A stretch of DNA of 64,000 bases from Alphaproteobacteria bacterium. GTDB lineage: Bacteria > Pseudomonadota > Alphaproteobacteria > CAAGCB01 > CAG-977. Below are positions 17,851 to 29,647 of this stretch, piece after piece (the stretch's first letter is position 1; every line of letters begins with the position of its first letter). Both the position numbers and the translations under genes were made by a program. The stretch spans positions 14,011-78,010 of the forward strand of contig CAAGEK010000020.1 in assembly GCA_900768845.1 (NCBI GenBank), given 5' to 3'. The notes beneath the pieces were generated by a model. That model worked only from the letters and a program-made list of their open reading frames with translations. It was not told where the DNA came from and searched no databases.

Positions 17851-18762
17851 ATGTGGTATTGTTTTTTTAACGGCGAAAAAACCGGCCCCCTTTCCCGCGA
17901 ATCCGCACGCATATTCATCAATGAACATCCGGGGTGTCTTGTGTGGCGGGAAGGCATGGCGGAATGGATGACGCCCGAAAACGCCGGATTTGACGAAACC
18001 GCCCTTTCCGATACGCCTCCCAAAGGGGTTTTACATCCGAAATTGAGTTTTGAAATCAACGGCGACGATATGCAATACATCGAATTCGACCTGAAACCGC
18101 GGGAAACCGTTCTGGCCGAACCGGGGTCGATGATTTACAAACAATACGGAATCGACGTTGACGCCTCTTTCGGCGCGAAACAACACAAAAGCCTGTTATC
18201 CAATCTCTGGAGCGCGGGAAAACGGGTGTTGAGCGGGGAAAACCTGTTTTTCACATCCTTTACGAACGTCCGCAATCAAAACCAGAAAGTGGCCTTTTCC
18301 GCACCGTACCCCGGAAAAATCATTCCTATTTCCCTGAGCGATTTCGGCGGACAAATCATTTGTCAAAAGGACAGTTTCCTGTGTGCCGAACCTGATACGG
18401 AAATCAGCATTTTCTTTCAAAAACGCATTATGACGGCCATCTTCGGCGGCGCGGGCTTTATCATGCAAAGTCTGCACGGCAACGGCACGGCTTTCATCCA
18501 CGCGGGCGGAGCGATTCACGAATATAACCTGAGCCAAGGCGAATCGATGCAGGTCGACGCGGGTTGCCTTGTCGCCTTTGAACCGTCGGTTATGTTCGAC
18601 ATAACGAATGCGGGGTCTTTAAAATCGCAGATTTTCGGCGGCGCGGGATTGTTTTTCGCCAACCTTTCCGGCCCCGGACGCGTTTGGGTTCAATCGCTTC
18701 CGTTCGCACGATTCGCCAGCCGTCTGACTTCGGTGCGGGAAAAAGGAGGACGGGTCAGATAA
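17851..18762 (+). CDS. DUF4339 (GYF-like) + AIM24/TIGR00266-family domain protein
   Basis: N-terminal MWYCFFNGEKTGPLSRESARIFINEHPGCLVWREGMAEWMTPENAG matches the DUF4339/GYF-like pattern. The remainder is glycine-rich beta-strand repeats like the AIM24 family. AAGGAG RBS. Operonic with the two GGDEF-EAL paralogs. Confidence 0.5.
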   Translation: MWYCFFNGEKTGPLSRESARIFINEHPGCLVWREGMAEWMTPENAGFDETALSDTPPKGVLHPKLSFEINGDDMQYIEFDLKPRETVLAEPGSMIYKQYGIDVDASFGAKQHKSLLSNLWSAGKRVLSGENLFFTSFTNVRNQNQKVAFSAPYPGKIIPISLSDFGGQIICQKDSFLCAEPDTEISIFFQKRIMTAIFGGAGFIMQSLHGNGTAFIHAGGAIHEYNLSQGESMQVDAGCLVAFEPSVMFDITNAGSLKSQIFGGAGLFFANLSGPGRVWVQSLPFARFASRLTSVREKGGRVR

Positions 18763-18789
18763 AATTTCTCTGAAAAGCCGATAATCCTG

Positions 18790-18819
18790 TTGACAAACGG
18801 AAAGATATGAGGCTATAAG
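18790..18819 (+). promoter_or_regulatory. Sigma-70-like promoter TTGACA-N18-TATAAG for rplU-rpmA
   Basis: TTGACA at 18790-18795 and TATAAG at 18814-18819, about 60 nt upstream of the rplU start. Confidence 0.45.
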
Positions 18820-18879
18820 AAACTTCCTTGCAAGTGGAGAATGGCTCTGCTTGATTTATTGAATTTCGGATGGTGAAAA

Positions 18880-19179
18880 ATGTTCGCAGTCATCAAGACA
18901 GGCGGCAAGCAGTACAAAGTCGCGAAAGACGATGTCATTATCGTTGAAAAGCTCAACGCAGAAGTCGGTTCCGCTGTAACATTTGACGAAGTGCTTGCTG
19001 TCGGTGAAAAAATCGGTGCGCCCGTTGTTGCCGGCGCGAAAGTTTCCGGTACGGTCGTAAAACAGACCCGTGACGACACGGTTTTGGTTTTCAAGAAAAA
19101 ACGCCGTCAGGGATACCGTCGTAAAAACGGTCATCGTCAGCATATCTCGATCGTCAAGATCACGGATATTGCCGGTTAA
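18880..19179 (+). CDS. rplU: 50S ribosomal protein L21
   Basis: [14 protein letters not shown]... typical L21, 99 aa. Confidence 0.9.
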   Translation: MFAVIKTGGKQYKVAKDDVIIVEKLNAEVGSAVTFDEVLAVGEKIGAPVVAGAKVSGTVVKQTRDDTVLVFKKKRRQGYRRKNGHRQHISIVKITDIAG

Positions 19180-19210
19180 TCAAATACGGTTTTTGTCAGG
19201 AGTTTGAATC

Positions 19211-19462
19211 ATGGCACATAAAAAAGCAGGCGGCAGCACCAGAAACGGACGCGATTCCGAAGGTCGTCGTTTAGGCGTCAAGAAATCCGGCGGTCAGGCT
19301 GTCATCCCCGGCAATATCATTATCCGTCAGCGCGGAACGAAATACCGTGCGGGAGCGAATGTCGGCGTCGGTCGTGATCATACGATTTTTGCAAAGGTCG
19401 AAGGTCGCGTCGAATTTACGCGCAAGGCTGACGATCGCGTTTACGTTTCCGTTGTTGCCTGA
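19211..19462 (+). CDS. rpmA: 50S ribosomal protein L27
   Basis: [16 protein letters not shown]...IIRQRGTK typical L27, 83 aa. Confidence 0.9.
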   Translation: MAHKKAGGSTRNGRDSEGRRLGVKKSGGQAVIPGNIIIRQRGTKYRAGANVGVGRDHTIFAKVEGRVEFTRKADDRVYVSVVA

Positions 19463-19597
19463 TTTCCGGAACAGGGTTTTTAAATCTCAAACGGATGTAT
19501 TGACAGGTTTTTAACGGAACTGCCGTCAAATTAAAAACTGATGCGTTTTTTTCTCCTTTCTTTAACGCGGATGTTTGCAATAACGGTTTTATTTCAA

Positions 19598-19815
19598 GGG
19601 GGAACGGGATACCGTTTCCCCTTTTGTTTGCTTTAATTCCCCCAACCGGCGGAAAATCAAGGGATTGCGGGGATGCTGTTTTCCCTTTTGTTCGCCTTAA
19701 TTCCCCCGAACCGGCGAAAATCAAGGGATTGCAGGGATACCGTTTCCCCTCTTTTGTTTGCCTTAATTCCCCCGAACCGGCGGAAAATCAAGGGATTGCG
19801 AGGATGCCTTTTCCC
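19598..19815. repeat. Tandem direct repeat, ~65-bp unit x ~3.4 copies, in the rpmA-obgE intergenic region
   Basis: Units at 19622-19685, 19686-19751 and 19752-19815 (TTTTGTTTGCCTTAATTCCCCCGAACCGGCGGAAAATCAAGGGATTGCGGGGATGC...TTTCCC) plus a partial copy at 19598-19621. Each unit contains the inverted element GGGAACGG/CCGTTTCCC. Confidence 0.8.
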
Positions 19816-20135
19816 TTTTATTTGTTCTAAACGATACGATAAGCCTGAGGACGGTACGACGAACCTCACGCCGTCGCCCTTCCCTTTGCCGTCGGGAGCG
19901 GACAAGGTGCGCGCCGTCAAAGCATCTCCTTCCCTTTGCGCCGCCAAAGTCGCATTCCCGAACGAAAAGCCGCCATCCTTTCCTATAAAGCCTTGAACGC
20001 CTTCATCCGTAACAAAGCGGCCGAATCGCCACCGGCCGTTTTTTATCCGGCCGCCTTCCTTTCGCCCGAAAACCGCTTCTTAGAACATCGACACGACAAG
20101 AAATGTTTTCCTGAGAATTTTTCCCTATCTGATAA

Positions 20136-22533
<2,398 letters not shown>

Positions 22534-22534
22534 A

Positions 22535-23782
22535 ATGAAAGAAATGATGCGTTCTTTGGGCGAAAACGCCCGCAAAGCCGCACGGTTTTTGGCAACGGCT
22601 CCGGCACAGGCGAAAAACAAGGCTTTGAGAGAGGCGGCCGCTTTGATGCGCGAATCGCAAAACGGTTTGTTGGCCGCCAATAAAAAAGACATGGAGGCTT
22701 TGCCGCCGGAAACGTCGAAAGCCATGCGCGACCGCCTGCTTTTAACGCCCGAACGCATTGAAGCCATGGCCAAAGGGTTGGAGGAAGTCGCCGCATTGCC
22801 CGATCCCGTCGGACGCGTGCTGGCGTCGTGGGAACGCCCGAACGGGTTGGAAATCGTGCGCGTTGCAACGCCCTTGGGCGTCATCGGCGTGATTTACGAA
22901 AGCCGCCCGAACGTTACCGCCGATGCGGGGGCTTTGTGCTTCAAATCGGGAAACGCCGTCATTTTGCGCGGCGGATCGGACAGTTTTCATTCTTCGGCGA
23001 AAATCGTTGAAATCATGCACGCCGGATTGCGGGCGGCCGGATTGCCCGAAACGTGCATCCAATCCGTCCCGACCGCCGACCGCGCCGCCGTCGGCGAAAT
23101 GTTGAAAATGGACGATTGCATCGACGTCATCGTGCCACGCGGAGGAAAATCGTTAATTCAACGCATCACCGACGAAAGCCGCATTCCGTTGTTCAAGCAT
23201 TTGAACGGCATCTGCCACACTTACATCCATTCGGCGGCGGATGCGCAAAAAGCCCGAAAAATCGTCATGAACGCCAAAATGCGCCGCACGGGAACGTGCA
23301 ATTCGACGGAAACGCTTTTGGTTGACGAAACCGTATGTCATACGATTTTGCCTGACGTTTTGAACGATTTGATAGCGGCGGGATGTGAAATCAGGGGCGA
23401 TGAAAAAGTGCGCGCTTCGGATTCACGCGTCAAGCCCGCTTCGGATGAAGACTGGGATACCGAATATCTGGATTCGATTTTGTCGGTAAAGACCGTTTCG
23501 GACATCAACGAAGCGATCGCACATATCGCGGCGCACAGTTCGCATCATACGGAATCGATCATCACCGAAGACAAAGCCGCGGCGGAAAAGTTTTTGAACG
23601 AAGTCGACAGCGCGGTTGTCATGCATAATGCGTCGACTCAATTTTGCGACGGCGGGGAATTCGGCATGGGCGCGGAAATAGGCATTGCGACGGGACGCTT
23701 GCACGCCAGAGGCCCGATCGGTTTGGAACAGTTGACAACCTTCAAGTATCAGGTGCGCGGTGACGGTCAGATACGCCCGTAA
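22535..23782 (+). CDS. proA: Gamma-glutamyl phosphate reductase
   Basis: Aldehyde dehydrogenase-like 415-aa protein immediately after proB (classic proBA pair). Confidence 0.9.
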   Translation: MKEMMRSLGENARKAARFLATAPAQAKNKALREAAALMRESQNGLLAANKKDMEALPPETSKAMRDRLLLTPERIEAMAKGLEEVAALPDPVGRVLASWERPNGLEIVRVATPLGVIGVIYESRPNVTADAGALCFKSGNAVILRGGSDSFHSSAKIVEIMHAGLRAAGLPETCIQSVPTADRAAVGEMLKMDDCIDVIVPRGGKSLIQRITDESRIPLFKHLNGICHTYIHSAADAQKARKIVMNAKMRRTGTCNSTETLLVDETVCHTILPDVLNDLIAAGCEIRGDEKVRASDSRVKPASDEDWDTEYLDSILSVKTVSDINEAIAHIAAHSSHHTESIITEDKAAAEKFLNEVDSAVVMHNASTQFCDGGEFGMGAEIGIATGRLHARGPIGLEQLTTFKYQVRGDGQIRP

Positions 23783-24350
23783 AAAAGTCGGATTGCTGGG
23801 GGGATCGTTCAACCCCGCCCACGACGGCCACCGCTACATCAGCTTGCAAGCTTTGAAATTGCTGGGGCTGGACGAAGTGTGGTGGCTGGTGTCGCCGCTG
23901 AACCCGTTCAAAGAATCCGCACCTGACATGGCTTCGTTTGAAAGGCGGTTGGAATCGGCGCGAAAAGCGGCGAACCATCCGAAAATCAAACCCGAAGATT
24001 TTGAAACGCGGATGAACACGCGCTATACGGCGGACACATTGAAAAAGCTGAAAGAAACCTATCCCGATACGGCGTTCGTGTGGCTGATGGGCGCGGACAA
24101 TATGCTTGAATTTCACCGCTGGAAGAACTGGCGAGAAATAATGCACACCGTCCCCGTTGCGGTTTTCGCCAGAAACCATTATGCTTTAAAAGCGTTGTAT
24201 TCAAAAGCGGGACGAACGTTCCGCCCGTTCAGGATTGACGGGCGTTTTTCCCGCCGGTTGGCAAAAATGCGCCCGCCCGCGTGGGTTTTTCTGGCGATTC
24301 GCGAACATCGCGCCTCGTCAACGGAAATCCGTCGCAAAGGTTTGTTTTAA
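23760..24350 (+). CDS. nadD: Nicotinate-nucleotide adenylyltransferase
   Basis: VGLLGGSFNPAHDGH nucleotidyltransferase motif. Overlaps proA by 23 nt. Confidence 0.85.
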   Translation: MTVRYARKKVGLLGGSFNPAHDGHRYISLQALKLLGLDEVWWLVSPLNPFKESAPDMASFERRLESARKAANHPKIKPEDFETRMNTRYTADTLKKLKETYPDTAFVWLMGADNMLEFHRWKNWREIMHTVPVAVFARNHYALKALYSKAGRTFRPFRIDGRFSRRLAKMRPPAWVFLAIREHRASSTEIRRKGLF

Positions 24351-24362
24351 CAGGAGAGAGAT

Positions 24363-24884
24363 ATGCCCGCAGAAAAAAAGGCCGCCGTAAAAAAAACGGC
24401 CGAAAAGACAGAAAAAAAAGCAGAAAAGGTTGCAAAAAAGGAAATAAGAAAAACGGTGAAAAAAACCGTTAAAAAAATTTTGAAAGCTCAGGAAAAGAAC
24501 GAAAAGCTTTTGAAAAAAGCGGTCAAACACAAAGAAAAGGAAAACGCCGCCGCCAAGAAAATGGTCGAACTGATTGAAAAAACGCTGTCCGCCGGCAAAG
24601 CCGAAGACATCGTCATTATCGATTTGTCGGGCAAAACCGCGATTGCGGATTATCTGGTCGTTGCGACGGGGCGCGCTCCGCGTCATGTGACGGCTTTGGG
24701 CGAACAGGTGCAGTTGCGTTTGAAAAAAACGGGCGTTCCCGCCGCGATTGAAGGCAACGACACGGGCGATTGGGTCATTGTCGATGCGGGCGACGTCATC
24801 GTCCATGTTTTCCATCCCGAAACCCGCGAGCTGTATTGCATCGAAGAACTGTGGGGCGAAGAAACGCCGCGCAAGGCGCGCTGA
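24363..24884 (+). CDS. rsfS: Ribosomal silencing factor RsfS (Iojap) with ~70-aa lysine-rich N-terminal extension
   Basis: C-terminal AEDIVIIDLSGKTAIADYLVVATGRAPRHV RsfS core, preceded by KKAAVKKTAEKTEKKAEKVAKKE low-complexity extension. Confidence 0.85.
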   Translation: MPAEKKAAVKKTAEKTEKKAEKVAKKEIRKTVKKTVKKILKAQEKNEKLLKKAVKHKEKENAAAKKMVELIEKTLSAGKAEDIVIIDLSGKTAIADYLVVATGRAPRHVTALGEQVQLRLKKTGVPAAIEGNDTGDWVIVDAGDVIVHVFHPETRELYCIEELWGEETPRKAR

Positions 24885-25342
24885 TGGACGTGATCATAGC
24901 GGCGATCGGTCGCCAAAAGCCAAGTCCCGAGCTGGATTTGCTGACAAAGTATGTCCGGCAGACGCGTTGGAACGTCATTGTTCGGGAATTTGAGGACAAA
25001 AAGGCCGCTTCGACGGCGGAACGGATGAAAAAAGAAGGCGAATTGTTGCTTTCCGCCGTTCCCGCCGGCGCGGTGGTCGTGGTTTTGGACGAACGCGGAA
25101 AGATGCTTTCCTCACCCGAATTCGCACGGAAAATGGGACGGTGGCAGGACGACGGCGCACCGGCGGTCGCTTTTTTAATCGGAGGGGCGGACGGCCATTC
25201 GCCCGAAGTGCGCGAAAAAGCCGATTTGTTGCTGGCGTTCGGAACGATGACGTGGCCTCATATGTTGGCACGCGCCATGTTGGCCGAACAAATCTATCGC
25301 GCAAAAACCATTTTGGACGGACATCCGTATCACAGGGTTTGA
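24884..25342 (+). CDS. rlmH: 23S rRNA (pseudouridine1915-N3)-methyltransferase RlmH
   Basis: MDVIIAAIGRQK...SPOUT-fold 152-aa protein. ATG overlaps the rsfS stop (TGATG). Confidence 0.85.
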   Translation: MDVIIAAIGRQKPSPELDLLTKYVRQTRWNVIVREFEDKKAASTAERMKKEGELLLSAVPAGAVVVVLDERGKMLSSPEFARKMGRWQDDGAPAVAFLIGGADGHSPEVREKADLLLAFGTMTWPHMLARAMLAEQIYRAKTILDGHPYHRV

Positions 25343-25515
25343 CCGGTTCTTGCCGACCGCCGGAGGTTTGTCCGCCCTTTTGACACACAGGCGGGCGTTC
25401 GCGGCGTTTTTTCATCCGCTCAAAATGCGCCATACGCATAAGTATAGGATGCATCCCGATTTTTTTTGTATTATATTCGCTTCATATCCGTTGATTTAAT
25501 TTGGGAGAACGAATC

Positions 25516-27063
25516 GTGACTGAAGAAACCAAAAGACCCCGCCCCGTAATGTTGTGCATTCTGGACGGATGGGGGCATCGCGACAATAAGGAAAACAATG
25601 CCATCGAAACAGGAAACACCCCGAATTGGCACGAATTGGTCGAAACGTGCCCGAATACGCTGATCGCCACGTCGGGATTGGACGTCGGACTGCCTGCGGG
25701 ACAGATGGGCAATTCCGAAGTCGGCCACATGAACATCGGCGCGGGACGCGTTGTCATGCAGGATCTGCCCAAAATCGACAAAGCCGCCGAAGACGGTTCT
25801 TTGGCCGAACGCCCCACCGTCGTTTCCCTGATTGAATCCCTGAAAAAGACGGGCGGCGTCTGTCATTTGATGGGGTTGATGTCGCCCGGAGGGGTTCATT
25901 CCCACATGGGACACATCATCGCTTTGGCAAAAATCCTGAGCGGCGCGGGCATTCCCGTTGACGTACACGCTTTTCTGGACGGTCGCGACGTGCCGCCCGA
26001 TTCCGCTTTGGGGTATGTCAAGGAATTTGAAGCCGCCGTCAAAGATTTGAAAAACGTCAAAATCGCAACCGTCGCCGGACGTTATTACGCCATGGATCGT
26101 GACAACCGTTGGGAACGCATCACGCTGGCTTATAACGCCCTGATGCTGGGCGAAGGCAACAAGGCCGACACCGCCGCAGCGGCGATTGAAGCATCCTATG
26201 CCGAAAAAGTGTTCGACGAATTCGTCATTCCCGCCGTTATCGGCGATTACAAAGGCATGAAAGACGGCGACGCGATTTTGTTTGCGAACTTCCGTTCCGA
26301 CCGCGCCCGCGAAATCATGTACGCACTGGCGGACGATGCGTTCGACAAATTCAGCCGTCCGAAGACCGTCAAATTCGCGGCCGTCGTCGGCATGACGGAA
26401 TATTCGGTCGACCACAACCGCTTTGTCACGCCCGTTTTCCCGCCCGAACAATTGGTCAACATCTTCGGTGAAATCGTTTCCAAAGCCGGCATGACCCAGT
26501 TGCGCATCGCCGAAACGGAAAAATACGCGCACGTCACGTTTTTCTTTAACGGCGGTGAGGAACGTCTGTTCAAAGGCGAAGAACGCATTCTGGTTCCCAG
26601 CCCAAAAGTCGCGACATACGACTTAAAGCCCGAGATGTCGGCTTTTGAAGTTTGCGACAAATTGGTCGAAGCCATCGATTCGGGAAAATTCGACACAATC
26701 ATCGTGAACTTTGCAAACGGCGACATGGTCGGCCACACGGGTATCATGGAAGCCGCCGTCAAAGCCGCCGAAGCTGTCGACAAGTGTCTGGGGCGTTTGA
26801 AAGACGCGATCAAACGTGCGGGCGGCGTGATGCTGATTACGGCGGATCACGGCAACTGCGAGCTGATGGTTGACGAAAAAACGCATGGGCCTTATACGGC
26901 GCACACGACGTTTCCCGTGCCCGTCGTCCTGTTCAACGGCCCCGCAGGCGTAAAGTTGCGCGAAGGCGGACGTCTGGCCGATTTGGCTCCGACGCTTTTG
27001 GAATTGTTGCAACTGAAGCAACCGGCGGACATGACGGGCAAATCCCTGTTAATCCGCGGTTGA
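25516..27063 (+). CDS. gpmI: 2,3-bisphosphoglycerate-independent phosphoglycerate mutase
   Basis: PVMLCILDGWGHR...HMNIGAGRVV...ADHGNCE iPGM motifs. GTG start with GGAGAA RBS chosen over the listed TTG at 25501. Confidence 0.9.
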   Translation: MTEETKRPRPVMLCILDGWGHRDNKENNAIETGNTPNWHELVETCPNTLIATSGLDVGLPAGQMGNSEVGHMNIGAGRVVMQDLPKIDKAAEDGSLAERPTVVSLIESLKKTGGVCHLMGLMSPGGVHSHMGHIIALAKILSGAGIPVDVHAFLDGRDVPPDSALGYVKEFEAAVKDLKNVKIATVAGRYYAMDRDNRWERITLAYNALMLGEGNKADTAAAAIEASYAEKVFDEFVIPAVIGDYKGMKDGDAILFANFRSDRAREIMYALADDAFDKFSRPKTVKFAAVVGMTEYSVDHNRFVTPVFPPEQLVNIFGEIVSKAGMTQLRIAETEKYAHVTFFFNGGEERLFKGEERILVPSPKVATYDLKPEMSAFEVCDKLVEAIDSGKFDTIIVNFANGDMVGHTGIMEAAVKAAEAVDKCLGRLKDAIKRAGGVMLITADHGNCELMVDEKTHGPYTAHTTFPVPVVLFNGPAGVKLREGGRLADLAPTLLELLQLKQPADMTGKSLLIRG

Positions 27064-27070
27064 GTTGTTG

Positions 27071-28243
27071 ATGTTTTGCAAAAAGACGGTCGTTTCGGCC
27101 TGCCTTGTTTTCATAACGGGGCAGGTGACGCCGTCTTTTTGCCTTGCCGCCATTAACAGCTCGCAACAGGCGAAAACCGAACTGTCACGCGTCACCGATC
27201 AAATCAAAGCCGCCGAATCGGAACACAAAAAATTGCGTGAAAAAGCCCGCGCCGTGCAAAAGGAGATTTTGGACGTGCGCCGGAAAATGGTTTCCGCCGC
27301 CGGATCCATTCAAGAGCAGGAGGAAAGTCTGGGACGGCTGGAGGAAAAGCTCCACGAACTGGAAGACCGCCAAAACGCCATGAAAGAACGGCTGGAAGTC
27401 CGGAAAATGCAACGCATGAAAGTTTTGGCGGCTTTACAAAATCTGGCGTGGAAACCGACGGAGGCTTTGCTGGCTCAACCGTTGCCGCCTCAGGATACGT
27501 TACGCAGCGCGTTGCTTTTGCGCGAAGCCGTGCCGCGGTTGGAATATTCGACGGAAGGGTTGCGCAAGGATTTGACCAAGCTGGCAAGTCTGACCTCCGC
27601 CATCCGTGCGCAATACGCCCAAATCAAAACGATGGCCAGACATTTGGAGGCCAAACGCCGCAATATGAACGTTTTGATTGAAAAAAAGACAAAACTGCAA
27701 AGCTCTTTCGCCAGCGAAAGTTCAAGAGCCAAGGAAAGGGCGACGGCTTTGGCGAAACAGGCCGGCGATTTAAAAGACCTGTTGGCGCGGTTGGAAGCCG
27801 AAAGCGTGCGCAGGCAGAAATTGCATCAAACGGCGGCTTTGCCCAAAGGCGCGTTTAAAGCGGCCAAAGGCAACATCCCCTATCCCGTCAAAGGCACGGT
27901 CATCAAAAAATTCGGCGACCCGACGGACAGCGGTTTGAGCGCACGCGGAATAACCATCCGGACACGTTCAAACGCCCAAGTCATCTCCCCGTACGACGGA
28001 ACGGTTCTGTTCGCCGGCCCTTTCAGAGGATACGGAGAGCTGGTCATCATCGAACACGGCGACGGATACCATACTTTGCTGGCCGGAATAGGACGGCTGG
28101 ACACTTCGGTCGGGCAATCCCTGCTGGCCGGCGAACCCGTCGGAATAATGGTGGCGAATTCCGATCCGTCGTTATATATTGAAATACGCAAAAACGGACA
28201 ACCCGTTAATCCGGCCATATGGCTAACAAATAAAAAAGGATGA
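27071..28243 (+). CDS. EnvC-like murein hydrolase activator (coiled-coil + C-terminal M23/LytM domain)
   Basis: Signal peptide, long coiled-coil, C-terminal GYGELVIIEHGDGYHTLLAG...LYIEIRKNGQPVNP M23 fold. Follows gpmI as in the conserved gpmI-envC-yibQ arrangement. Confidence 0.75.
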   Translation: MFCKKTVVSACLVFITGQVTPSFCLAAINSSQQAKTELSRVTDQIKAAESEHKKLREKARAVQKEILDVRRKMVSAAGSIQEQEESLGRLEEKLHELEDRQNAMKERLEVRKMQRMKVLAALQNLAWKPTEALLAQPLPPQDTLRSALLLREAVPRLEYSTEGLRKDLTKLASLTSAIRAQYAQIKTMARHLEAKRRNMNVLIEKKTKLQSSFASESSRAKERATALAKQAGDLKDLLARLEAESVRRQKLHQTAALPKGAFKAAKGNIPYPVKGTVIKKFGDPTDSGLSARGITIRTRSNAQVISPYDGTVLFAGPFRGYGELVIIEHGDGYHTLLAGIGRLDTSVGQSLLAGEPVGIMVANSDPSLYIEIRKNGQPVNPAIWLTNKKG

Positions 28244-28249
28244 CGAAGA

Positions 28250-29626
28250 ATGAAACGCTTCGGTTTTCATATTTTACTGGCTTTCGCCCTGATTTGCCCC
28301 GCCGTCCCCGCCGCAGCCAAAAATGCGAAAAAGGAAGAGGCTCCCCAAATCTCCGTTTATCATTACCTGAACATCTTCAGCGAAACGTTCAAACGGGCGA
28401 AAACGGATTATGTCGAAGAAGTCCCCGAACAAAAGCTGATCGAATACGCGATCAATGGCATGCTGTCTTCGCTGGATCCGCATTCGTCCTATCTGAACGC
28501 GGAAATGTTCAAGGAAATGCAGGAACAGACCAAAGGCGAATTCGGCGGTTTGGGAATCGAAGTCACCATGGACAACGGGTGGATTAAAGTCATTTCCCCG
28601 ATTGACGACACGCCCGCGTTCAAAGCGGGAATCAAAGCCGGCGATTACATCACCCATATCGACGGAACCGCCGTTTTGGGACAGACGCTGACCGAAGCCG
28701 TCGATAAAATGCGCGGCCCCGTCAATACAAAAGTCAAATTGACCGTCCGCCGCAAGGGACAGGACGCATTCGACGTCACGTTGGAACGCGCCGTCATCAA
28801 AATCCGTTCCGTGCGCACCGAAAACAAGGGTAACGTCGGTTACATCCGCATTTCCTCTTTCAGCGACACGACAACGGCCGACGTGAAAAAAGCCGTCGAA
28901 AAAACGATGAAAGAACATCAGGAGGGTTTATCCGGATTTGTTTTGGATTTGCGCAACAACCCCGGCGGATTGCTGGATCAGGCGGTTTCCGTGACGGATC
29001 TGTTCCTGAACGAAGGGGAAATCGTTTCCACGCGCCCGCGCCGTCCCGAAGAAACCCTGCGTTACAGCGCGACGAAAGGCGATATTACGAACAACATCCC
29101 CATCGTCGTTTTAATCAATGAAGGATCCGCTTCGGCCGCGGAAATCGTCGCCGGTGCGTTGCAGGATCACAAACGCGCCGTCATCGTCGGTACGCGTTCG
29201 TTCGGAAAAGGATCCGTGCAAACCGTCATTCCCGTCAGTTCGGGAATCGGAGCCATCCGGATAACGACCGCACGTTATTACACGCCTTCAGGCCGTTCGA
29301 TTCAGGCCAAAGGCATCGAACCCGACATTGTCATTCCTCCCGCCCATGTCGAATATTTCGCCCAGCGTTCCGACGATTTCGCCGAAGCGGCCTTACCCAA
29401 TGCACTGGCGAAGCAGGATGAGGCGAAAGACAAAGCGGACGCCAAAACGCAAAAAAACGTAAAAGGGAAAAAATCCCAAAAAGGGCAAAAAGACAAACAA
29501 AAAGATAAAAAGGAAAAAGAACCCGATCCTTTCGCTGAAAAGAAAGAGGAAAAGAAAATCGAGGATTATCAGCTGGATCGCGCAATCGACATCGTTCGGG
29601 CGATGGGAATTTACAATTCCAAATAA
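28250..29626 (+). CDS. ctpA: Carboxy-terminal processing protease (S41 family) with lysine-rich C-terminal tail
   Basis: PDZ plus S41 catalytic region (VVLINEGSASAAEIVAGALQDHKRAVIVGTRSFGKGSVQ). C-terminal KDKADAKTQKNVKGKKSQKGQKDKQKDKKEKE tail. Confidence 0.85.
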   Translation: MKRFGFHILLAFALICPAVPAAAKNAKKEEAPQISVYHYLNIFSETFKRAKTDYVEEVPEQKLIEYAINGMLSSLDPHSSYLNAEMFKEMQEQTKGEFGGLGIEVTMDNGWIKVISPIDDTPAFKAGIKAGDYITHIDGTAVLGQTLTEAVDKMRGPVNTKVKLTVRRKGQDAFDVTLERAVIKIRSVRTENKGNVGYIRISSFSDTTTADVKKAVEKTMKEHQEGLSGFVLDLRNNPGGLLDQAVSVTDLFLNEGEIVSTRPRRPEETLRYSATKGDITNNIPIVVLINEGSASAAEIVAGALQDHKRAVIVGTRSFGKGSVQTVIPVSSGIGAIRITTARYYTPSGRSIQAKGIEPDIVIPPAHVEYFAQRSDDFAEAALPNALAKQDEAKDKADAKTQKNVKGKKSQKGQKDKQKDKKEKEPDPFAEKKEEKKIEDYQLDRAIDIVRAMGIYNSK

Positions 29627-29647
29627 AGCGCAAGGAACGGTTCTCAG

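Noticed and set aside
19624-19996. ORFs of 68-107 aa across the 65-bp tandem repeat, and a possible CRISPR array
   Set aside because: The translated products are repeat-derived low complexity. The repeats are contiguous, with no unique spacers between them and no cas genes, so the array is not a CRISPR and not coding.
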